Assembly (NCBI GenBank): GCA_963662285.2 | Contig: CAXXMV010000003.1 | Location: 128,001-192,000 of the forward strand | Length of the DNA: 64,000 bases | From: a bacterium | GTDB lineage: Bacteria; Hinthialibacterota; Hinthialibacteria; Hinthialibacterales; Hinthialibacteraceae | Reading direction: 5' to 3' | Shown here: positions 1-7,592 of the stretch, piece by piece | Position numbering within the stretch: the first letter of the stretch is position 1 | Layout: every line of letters starts with the position of its first letter | Notes under the pieces: model-generated | The model's input: only the letters and a program-made list of their open reading frames with translations | Database searches by the model: none | Told to the model about the DNA's origin: nothing | Program-made: the position numbers and the translations under genes

Positions 1-233
1 TTGCCGTCAATCAGCCACATATTGGTATCCATGTGGAATATATCAACCTGTTGTTTTATCATTTTGATGTCGGCCATAGTGCGGGCGACTTTGGCGCGAA
101 TCTGGGCGTTGAGAAAGTTTGGTACAGCAATGGCGGCCAGGATGCCGATGATGGCGACTACGATCAGAAGTTCGATTAAAGTAAAGCCAATATTTGAGTG
201 TATGGATTTTTTTTCTAAGTTTGAAAAATGCAT
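1..233 (-). CDS. Prepilin-type N-terminal cleavage/methylation domain protein (pilin/pseudopilin-like), 5' part only, runs off the window
   Basis: Not in the ORF track. Manual translation from ATG at 233: MHFSNLEKKSIHSNIG|FTLIELLIVVAIIGILAAIAVPNFLNAQIRAKVARTMADIK..., a canonical G^FTLIE class III signal. Confidence 0.92.
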   Translation of the reverse strand, partial: MHFSNLEKKSIHSNIGFTLIELLIVVAIIGILAAIAVPNFLNAQIRAKVARTMADIKMIKQQVDIFHMDTNMWLIDG

Positions 234-258
234 AGTATTTTTCTCCAGGGAAGAAAAT

Positions 259-287
259 GGGGATGAATCAGTGAACGATTCATCCCC
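259..287 (-). terminator. Intrinsic terminator of paralog 1
   Basis: GGGGATGAATC-N7-GATTCATCCCC stem with an A-run on its left (U-tract on the - strand). A near copy lies at 2186-2214. Confidence 0.75.
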
Positions 288-345
288 CAATTACTCATCT
301 TTTGTTCAACGATGTAGCAGTCAATTAACGTAACAACGTTAATTT

Positions 346-1785
346 TTAGTATAGCGTCCAGTCTGTTACAGGCGTTCCTTTGTCTACGGTTACGCGGACG
401 TTATCAACGACCCAGAAACCTTCCATTTGATCAGGATCGGCGCCTTTGGCTGCAAAGCGGAAGATGACGCCGCTTTTACCGGCAGCTTCAGGAACTTCAA
501 AGTAATGATGGGTGAAATAAGGAGATTCCTCGTAATTCGTCAAAGCTTCGTGATAAGTGAAGAGGCGGGTGAAATTAGCGCCAGAGTCAACGCTGTAGAA
601 AACTTCATAACGGGCAATACTATTACCAACCAGCACTTCTGAATCGAAATCCATGTAAACGGCGGCAGCGTCGCTAAGATCGAGAGTTGGAGTATCGAGG
701 TCAGCGCCTTGATCTACATCTTCGGCCAACATACCTTCTTGCCACATGGCGTAACCCTGACCAGCCAGCATGAGTACCCATCTGCCATCAAGCGTGCCAT
801 TAGGATTAAGCAATTCATCAACTTCTGTGGCTAGGTCAATAGTATATTCGTAGAATTTTGCATGGTTGAGTAGGTCGATATCAACGAATTCACCGTTTTT
901 CTCTTTAAGAGGACCTTCATCCAAATACCATAGGCAGCGTACATCCCACTTTTGATCTTTTGCAGGAGTATTGCCCCATTCGGCTGGAATGCCATTTTCA
1001 AAATCTTCAGAAAGAACAGTTTCTGCGCCTAGTGGAGCAGGGGTAGAATCAATCACGAGGTCATCGATAGCAACCCACCATGCATCGGCTGGTTCAAAGT
1101 AACCAAAACGCAGGCGAACTTCAGCTTGATTGGCTGCTGCGGCTGGTAATGGAAAATGCACCCGGCCATGAATTCCGTCAAAACTCAAAAATTGATTGGC
1201 GCTTCCCAGTTCTGGATATCCACCTGAGAAAGCTGCGCCGTCAATGCCATTATCCCAGCCTTTGATGGGGCGTTGTGGTTCAACGCATTGCCAGATGGGA
1301 AGCCAGGTTGCGCCGCCATCAATAGTGACAGCAAACTGGAAGACGCATTCGCCGTTGTTATTTGAATCAACTTCGACATTGGCGTGCATCCAGACTTCGC
1401 TGGCGCCGACTGTGCTGAAAACTGGCGTTAATGCCCAGATTTCGGATTCTGAGCCAATATTGTCAGAACCGCTGCCAGCATCAGAGTCGGCCATTAAGTA
1501 ACCGCCATCAGAAGCAGTACCATCGGCTTTAGGTGGATTGATAAAGCCTGTGTCGGTTCCAGGACCATCCTGGCCTTCAGGCCATTCTGGAGCGATAATG
1601 AAGTTACTGCCAACTTCAGCAACAAATTCGTTTTCAGTAAATTCCCAACCACGGGATAGTGCGCCGACGGTGCCTCCCGTGTTAAAATCGTCTTCGAAAA
1701 AAACTTGAGCATTACTTTGAGGTACGCACAATATGAGAGCTGCGAGACTAGTTAAAGCGAAAATTTTCAGAGATGTTCTTATCAT
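346..1785 (-). CDS. Secreted acidic protein with two MAM/cleaved-adhesin-like beta-sandwich domains and C-terminal TPVTDWTLY tail (paralog 1, 479 aa)
   Basis: Start moved to MIRTSLK (ATG 1785, GGAGG upstream), which gives the same length as paralog 2. Sec signal ending SNA|Q; FEDDF/SEDFENGIP and WxxDxV motifs. Domain call is by motif recognition only. Confidence 0.8.
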   Translation of the reverse strand: MIRTSLKIFALTSLAALILCVPQSNAQVFFEDDFNTGGTVGALSRGWEFTENEFVAEVGSNFIIAPEWPEGQDGPGTDTGFINPPKADGTASDGGYLMADSDAGSGSDNIGSESEIWALTPVFSTVGASEVWMHANVEVDSNNNGECVFQFAVTIDGGATWLPIWQCVEPQRPIKGWDNGIDGAAFSGGYPELGSANQFLSFDGIHGRVHFPLPAAAANQAEVRLRFGYFEPADAWWVAIDDLVIDSTPAPLGAETVLSEDFENGIPAEWGNTPAKDQKWDVRCLWYLDEGPLKEKNGEFVDIDLLNHAKFYEYTIDLATEVDELLNPNGTLDGRWVLMLAGQGYAMWQEGMLAEDVDQGADLDTPTLDLSDAAAVYMDFDSEVLVGNSIARYEVFYSVDSGANFTRLFTYHEALTNYEESPYFTHHYFEVPEAAGKSGVIFRFAAKGADPDQMEGFWVVDNVRVTVDKGTPVTDWTLY

Positions 1786-2185
1786 GGATAATCCTCCTAT
1801 TTTATTATACTTATAGTCTTTCTTTACTTCATTAAGGCTGTTCGTTGAAACATTGATGAGAAACCAAATCATATTAATTTGAAAATTTAACATAATTTTA
1901 ATACTGATGGAAGTAGAAAATACAAAAAATCAGAAAACATTCGATCTAGTGGTGGATGGATATATTACCTCGCTTTCTGTAATATTCATTAGATTAAAAG
2001 AATATATTTTGTAAATCGCTCTAGTCGGCGGTTATGATGTGAAATATTTCTTTAATTATCACATGAGAAGAATATATAGCGGAAATGTTTTGGCTTTATA
2101 AAGGGGATGTTTGATTTGTGTGATTTTTCGTGAGAGGGAGGTGGTTAAAAGGAAAATCAGTTATTTTTTAAACCGGGAAGAAAAA

Positions 2186-2214
2186 GGGGATGAACCGTTT
2201 CCCGATTCATCCCC
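2186..2214 (-). terminator. Intrinsic terminator of paralog 2
   Basis: GGGGATGAA...TTCATCCCC stem preceded by AAAAA on the + strand. Confidence 0.7.
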
Positions 2215-2286
2215 CATACTCATCTTTTGTTCAACGAAATGACTGTTAATAAGAGCGATTCTTAAAATAACGTGCTTTAATCCGGG

Positions 2287-2320
2287 TGTTTAAAGTCCCC
2301 AGAAGATGGGACTTTAAACA
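2287..2320. repeat. Perfect 13-bp inverted repeat in the 3' region of paralog 2
   Basis: TGTTTAAAGTCCC-cagaagat-GGGACTTTAAACA. Confidence 0.8.
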
Positions 2321-2382
2321 AATCCAAAGTTATCAATGCGCATATATTTTTGTTAACCGCTATAACCATAAAAACGTTAATT

Positions 2383-3822
2383 CTAGTATAGCGTCCAATC
2401 TGTTACAGGAGTTCCCTTGTCAACAGTTACGCGAACGTTATCAACAACCCAGAAACCGTTCATTTGGTCAGGATCGGCGCCTTTGGCTGCAAAGCGGAAG
2501 ATTACGCCGCTTTTACCAGCAGCATCAGGAACTTCAAAGTAATGATGGGTGAAATAAGGGGATTCTTCGTAATTCGTCAAAGCTTCGTGATAAGTGAAAA
2601 GGCGGGTGAAATTAGCGCCGGAATCAACGCTGTAGAAAACTTCATAACGGACATCGCCATTACCAGCCAGCACTTCGGAATCGAAATCCATGTAAACGGC
2701 GGCAGCGTCGCTAAGATCGAGAGTTGGCGTATCTAAGTCAGCGCCTTGATCTACGTCTTCGGCCAGCATACCTTCTTGCCACATGGCGTAACCCTGACCA
2801 GCCAGCATGAGAACCCATCTGCCATCAAGGCTGCCGTTGGGATTTAGAAATTCGTCAACTTCTGTAGTAAAGTCGATGGTATAGTCCATGGATGCTGCAT
2901 GGTCAAGGATGTCGATATCAACGAATTCGCCATTATTTTCTTTGAGAGGACCTTCATCCAAATACCAAAGAGCTCTTACATCCCAAGCTTGAGTCATCAA
3001 TGGAGTGTTGCCCCATGTTGCCGGGATGCCATTTTCGAAATCTTCAGAAAGAACTGTTTCTGCGCCTTGAGGAGCAGGATTAGTATCAATCACGAGGTCA
3101 TCTAGAGCAATCCACCATGCATCGGCAGGTTCTAAGTATCCAAAGCGTAAACGAACTTCAGCTTGGTTAGCTGCTTCGGCTGGCAATTGGAAATGCACCC
3201 GGCCATGAATACCATCATAACTTAAAAATTGGTTAGCGCTTCCCAGTTCGGGATATCCGCCGGAGAAAGCTGCGCCATCAATGACATTATCCCAGGCTTT
3301 AATGGGGCGTTGTGGTTCAACGCATTGCCAGATGGGCAACCAAGTGGCGCCGCCATCAATAGTGACGGCAAACTGGAATACGCATTCGCCGTTGTTATTT
3401 GAATCAACGTCAACATTGGCGTGCATCCAGACTTCACTGGCGCCTACGGTGCTGAAGACGGGCGTCAAAGCCCAGATTTCAGATTCGGAGCCAATGTTAT
3501 CAGAACCGGAACCGGCATCTGAGTCAGCTATTAAGAAACCGCCATCTGATGCAGTACCATCGGCTTTAGGTGGATTGATGAAATCTGTGTTAGTTCCAGG
3601 GCCGTCTTGACCTTCAGGCCATTCTGGAGCAACGATGAAGTTACTGCCAACTTCGGCAACAAATTCGTTTTCTACAAATTCCCAACCACGAGCAACGGCG
3701 CCAGCGGTGCCGCCTGTATTAAAATCGTCTTCGAAGAGCACTTGAGCATTACTCTGAACTACGCCCAATGTAAGAGCGGCGATGCCGGATAATACTAAAG
3801 TTTTCAGAGATGTCTTGATCAT
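2383..3822 (-). CDS. Secreted acidic MAM/adhesin-like protein with C-terminal TPVTDWTLY tail (paralog 2, 479 aa)
   Basis: Colinear with 346-1785 and highly similar over its full length; GGAGG RBS; Sec signal peptide. Confidence 0.85.
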   Translation of the reverse strand: MIKTSLKTLVLSGIAALTLGVVQSNAQVLFEDDFNTGGTAGAVARGWEFVENEFVAEVGSNFIVAPEWPEGQDGPGTNTDFINPPKADGTASDGGFLIADSDAGSGSDNIGSESEIWALTPVFSTVGASEVWMHANVDVDSNNNGECVFQFAVTIDGGATWLPIWQCVEPQRPIKAWDNVIDGAAFSGGYPELGSANQFLSYDGIHGRVHFQLPAEAANQAEVRLRFGYLEPADAWWIALDDLVIDTNPAPQGAETVLSEDFENGIPATWGNTPLMTQAWDVRALWYLDEGPLKENNGEFVDIDILDHAASMDYTIDFTTEVDEFLNPNGSLDGRWVLMLAGQGYAMWQEGMLAEDVDQGADLDTPTLDLSDAAAVYMDFDSEVLAGNGDVRYEVFYSVDSGANFTRLFTYHEALTNYEESPYFTHHYFEVPDAAGKSGVIFRFAAKGADPDQMNGFWVVDNVRVTVDKGTPVTDWTLY

Positions 3823-4319
3823 TGATTGTCCTCCAATAATTTATTGTACGTCAAAAATCTGATAAAACCTGTCGTTAAAACAAGGATGAGTAATGTATAA
3901 CATATCATAATATAATATTCTTAACTATTTATTATTACATATATGAATACACTTTACGAGTTATGCAAGGGGGAATATATTAATTTTTCATTAAAAATAC
4001 ATTAGAATAACGGTAAATTTATGGCTTAAAGTAAAATATATGCTTTTTGCATTAACAATATGTAATCAAATTGGCAATATTATATGCGACCATGCCTTTA
4101 ACAAGATAATCAACCAAGTGAATTGGGGATTGGGTATTCAATATTCGAGGTTTTTGCATGAGTGCTAACAACAGTTTCAGGATAAATGAGATTGTTTCTA
4201 AATAGTAATGTTAGTTTGCAGTAGTTATCTAGAGGGAGATATAATATAAAATATCATGGAATGTTTTATTGCAAATTTCTATTAAGAAAAAAAATAGTGA
4301 TATTACCCGAAAAAAGTGA

Positions 4320-4348
4320 TTGACAACGTAGAAATGATAGAGTATATT
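4320..4348 (+). promoter_or_regulatory. Sigma70-type promoter
   Basis: TTGACA (4320-4325), 17-nt spacer, TATATT (4343-4348), with an A-tract upstream. Confidence 0.75.
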
Positions 4349-4354
4349 TATAAG

Positions 4355-4573
4355 TAGATCGACGGATAACAGATCCGGTTTCGATAAGGATTGAGCGCCT
4401 TAACAGCTCTGCGTGGGCAATGTGGCTAATGCCATGAGCCGCGAGAATAGGTCCCTAAGGGGATTACGAATATATTGTTAACTAAGGTGAAAGAGAGGTC
4501 ATACAGCGTGGAAGAAACGCTTATAGACTTTTGAGAAGGAGTCGTTCGAAACTGAATGACTCCTTCTTATTTT
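4355..4573 (+). ncRNA. Putative structured non-coding RNA of unknown family
   Basis: A GC-richer island in an AT-rich spacer, bounded by a near-consensus promoter and a terminator. Several hairpins can be folded by eye; no convincing ORF. Confidence 0.6.
4534..4573 (+). terminator. Intrinsic terminator
   Basis: AGAAGGAGTCGTTC-gaaact-GAATGACTCCTTCT followed by TATTTT. Confidence 0.8.
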
Positions 4574-4615
4574 AAATGAATTATTAATATATCTTTACAA
4601 TTGTAAAAATATATT

Positions 4616-6526
4616 CTATTTTACTATATTACTTGTTCCAAGTAATGCATTCAGCGTGTGATTTGCAACGCGTATTACGTATTTATTATTGTCTTTCATA
4701 ACTGCCTGTAGACTGGTAATCGAAGGACGAGCCATCTCTCCAATATTGTCTAGCGCAATTGCCGCGTTAAGGCGAATCCATTCTTCTTCACTTTTTAATA
4801 GTTTTTCCAAAACAGGAAGCGCTTTTTCAGGTTGATTCATGCGGCAAAGAGCGCGAGCTGCTGCGATTTGTACGCTGCCGGATTGGTCGCTGAGGGCTTC
4901 GGTTAGAAGAGTTTCCGCTTTTGATGCGTCTGAGCCAAGGTTGCCCAGGCCAATGGCGCCCCAATAACGAACTATCGAATCGACGTCGTTCAATGCTTCG
5001 ATAAGACTATTGATGCCTTTGGCGCCTTGTTCTGGAAGTTGGGCTGCGGCAATGGTGCGTTCGATTAATGCGTCTCCGCCAGTTTGCCGGGCAATGGCGT
5101 ATTCACTACCGAATTTTTTAGTGCGCTCGCGGATTTCCGGTTCGGGAATAAAACCTATGTCTTTGGTCTCTTTGACCCACTTTACATGAGCCTTACGCAT
5201 ACGTTTAAGAATATCTTGGCATCGGGGCGACTTCGCTAAGTTATTGGTTTCGTGGGGATCGTTTTGCAAATCATACAGTTCTTCCAAAGGCTTTTGCGGC
5301 GCCATGAATAGTTGCGCTTGGGGTGGTAACTTTCCTTCAGCATGAACCCGGCGGATTTCTTTCATGGTGGCGCCCTTTTCGGGGGTGTTCATGTATTGAT
5401 AGTAGGTTTTGTAAGGTTCGTAGTTACGGATGTACTTGTAGCGTTTGTCGCGAACCGCACGGATTATGTCGTAGCGTTCATCCATGCGGTCTCGTGCGCC
5501 ATATATGTAGTCGCGTGGTCTGGTGAGGTTCTCTCCTAGAAAAGCGCGTCCCTGCATGTGATCGGGTATCTTGATTCCCGCCAGGTTAAGAACGGTCGGG
5601 GCGAGGTCGACGAAACTGACCAGTTCGTCATTGGTTGAACCGGGTGCGCCAGGTTTAGGGCTGCGCAGTTTTTCAGGGATGTGAACGATCATTGGTACGC
5701 GCAATCCAGAATCGTATAACCAGCGTTTGGCGCGGGGCAAACCAATGCCATGATCGGAGAAAAAGATAACGATAGTGTTATCCGTTAATCCATCATCATC
5801 CAATTGCTTTAGAATTTCCGCGACCTGCATATCCATAGCGGTAATCAAATCGTAGTTACGCGCCCAATCTTTTCGGGTGATCGGGGTATCTGGATAGTAG
5901 GGGGGAAGGGTGGTTAATTTTTCTGGATCATGCTTTTGGTCATCAGAAAGGTTTTGGGTTGCTTTGTTATATAATTCTTCGCTGGCGATGCGGCTTTCAT
6001 GAGTGGTTACGAAATTGAAGATGGAGAAGAATGGTTGGTCTTTATTTTTGCGGTAGCGCCAGTGGGCTTTATTATCGCATTGATCCCAGGCCGATTTTGG
6101 GTGATTGAACTGATAATCAGTCTTGGCGTTATTGGTGCAATAATATCCTGCATCACGCATGTATTCGCTGAAGCATTTGATGTGGGGCGGGGGAGTCGCT
6201 TTGCAGCGCATGTGATGCGAACCTAGGGTGGTTTGGTATACTCCGGTAATGATGCATGAGCGGTTGGGAGCGCATACTCCACATACGGCGTAGGCGTTGG
6301 TATAGCGAACGCCATTGCGGGCGAGACGGTCGAGAGTGGGCGTGGTTGCGTGAGGATCGCCGTAACAACCCAGGTGGGGGCTGATATCTTCACAGGTGAG
6401 CCATAGAATATTGGGCTTCTGGCTATCATCTTGACTAGCCAGCGTATTGTGCGCTATCGATATTGATGCGGCGCTCAGGCTGGTTGTTTTGAGAAAACTT
6501 CGTCGGTTTAGATTATTGAGTTTCAT
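4616..6526 (-). CDS. Tat-exported sulfatase with C-terminal HEAT repeats
   Basis: NRRSFLK Tat motif; KPNILW; CAPNR formylglycine motif; SDHG; EELYDL; HEAT-like C-terminus. Confidence 0.92.
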   Translation of the reverse strand: MKLNNLNRRSFLKTTSLSAASISIAHNTLASQDDSQKPNILWLTCEDISPHLGCYGDPHATTPTLDRLARNGVRYTNAYAVCGVCAPNRSCIITGVYQTTLGSHHMRCKATPPPHIKCFSEYMRDAGYYCTNNAKTDYQFNHPKSAWDQCDNKAHWRYRKNKDQPFFSIFNFVTTHESRIASEELYNKATQNLSDDQKHDPEKLTTLPPYYPDTPITRKDWARNYDLITAMDMQVAEILKQLDDDGLTDNTIVIFFSDHGIGLPRAKRWLYDSGLRVPMIVHIPEKLRSPKPGAPGSTNDELVSFVDLAPTVLNLAGIKIPDHMQGRAFLGENLTRPRDYIYGARDRMDERYDIIRAVRDKRYKYIRNYEPYKTYYQYMNTPEKGATMKEIRRVHAEGKLPPQAQLFMAPQKPLEELYDLQNDPHETNNLAKSPRCQDILKRMRKAHVKWVKETKDIGFIPEPEIRERTKKFGSEYAIARQTGGDALIERTIAAAQLPEQGAKGINSLIEALNDVDSIVRYWGAIGLGNLGSDASKAETLLTEALSDQSGSVQIAAARALCRMNQPEKALPVLEKLLKSEEEWIRLNAAIALDNIGEMARPSITSLQAVMKDNNKYVIRVANHTLNALLGTSNIVK

Positions 6527-6551
6527 GGCGGTTCCTTATTGATATGGTTGA

Positions 6552-7370
6552 TCATGTAGGGAATAGGCGTTCCATATCGCTCTGGTCGGGATTTCGTCCA
6601 TATTCACAAATTTCGAAAGCTTCGGCGAATTGAATGGTTTTGGCTTTGTCGGCGCCATATTGTTTACTTAGCGTGTCACGGGAGCATTCCGTAATCTGAG
6701 TTAGAAATGGCGTCCATATTTTAGGAAGCCATGCTCGGCGATCCGCATCCTCTTGGGGGACTGGTTCTGTAACTTTTTCAACATAGGGCAGCCATTCATA
6801 GAATTGCGAGCTATGGCAATGCATCATATCCCATTTTTTAGTCATAACGTCATCAACGGATATGGCTGCATCAGGTTGAAACGAATATGGCTTCTTGAAT
6901 TGATCCCAAAAATAGAAGAAAAATGGATTCTTGGTTAATGGAGCAGCTTCAGGGCAAATGGGAGGAACTGTAACCAGGTATGCTGAGTCCTGTACTAATG
7001 AACCGGTGTAGCGGTGGTCAGGGTGGTAATCGTTGGGGCGGTGCGAAAAGACTACATCTGCTTTCCATTCCCGAATCAAGCGAATAATCTGGTTGCGGGC
7101 TTCGAGAGATGGCAGCAGTTCTCCATCGTTAAAATCAAGCACCTCATATTCAATGCCCAGGATCCGGGCGGCGTTCTGGGTTTCCTTTAATCGTATTTTA
7201 GCGAGATTGTCTCTCGTTTCGATGTGGTGTCCGGCGTTTCCATTGGTGACAGATACGAATTTTACTGGATATCCGAGAGAGACGTATTTTGTTGCAAGGC
7301 CTCCGCAAATGATCTCGCAATCGTCAGGGTGCGCTCCAAAAGCGATGAGGCGAATTTTATCTTCAGACAT
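6552..7370 (-). CDS. PIG-L/LmbE family deacetylase
   Basis: AHPDDxE and HPDH motifs. Confidence 0.92.
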   Translation of the reverse strand: MSEDKIRLIAFGAHPDDCEIICGGLATKYVSLGYPVKFVSVTNGNAGHHIETRDNLAKIRLKETQNAARILGIEYEVLDFNDGELLPSLEARNQIIRLIREWKADVVFSHRPNDYHPDHRYTGSLVQDSAYLVTVPPICPEAAPLTKNPFFFYFWDQFKKPYSFQPDAAISVDDVMTKKWDMMHCHSSQFYEWLPYVEKVTEPVPQEDADRRAWLPKIWTPFLTQITECSRDTLSKQYGADKAKTIQFAEAFEICEYGRNPDQSDMERLFPT

Positions 7371-7521
7371 AGTTGTTAACCTTGAAAGTATATTTGATAA
7401 CGGTACTGGATATTATGCGCTATATGAGTACATGAATCCAGATAGATGGAATGTAGGGGTAGTCTTGGCGCCAGTTTTGTATATTAGCGTGAGGGTGGTT
7501 GATGGGAGAGGGTGGATTTTT

Positions 7522-7552
7522 GGTGGGTCGGTGAGGCGCAACCCACCCTACG
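7522..7552 (-). repeat. GTAG-type REP-like palindrome, family A (degenerate)
   Basis: GGTGGGT...ACCCACCCTACG, i.e. GTAGGGTGGG on the - strand. Confidence 0.7.
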
Positions 7553-7592
7553 CATAACCCGTATTAGGCGTTCCATATTATTAGCATCATTT

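Noticed and set aside
1-333. 110-aa + strand ORF in the track
   Set aside because: It is the antisense shadow of the pilin-like gene and runs through a terminator.
4355-4573. Assignment of the RNA as tmRNA, twister, glmS, SRP or CsrA-binding sRNA
   Set aside because: Only short resemblances. There is no tRNA-like acceptor/T-arm end, no complete ribozyme core, no SRP helix-8 motif, and only one GGA clearly in a loop.
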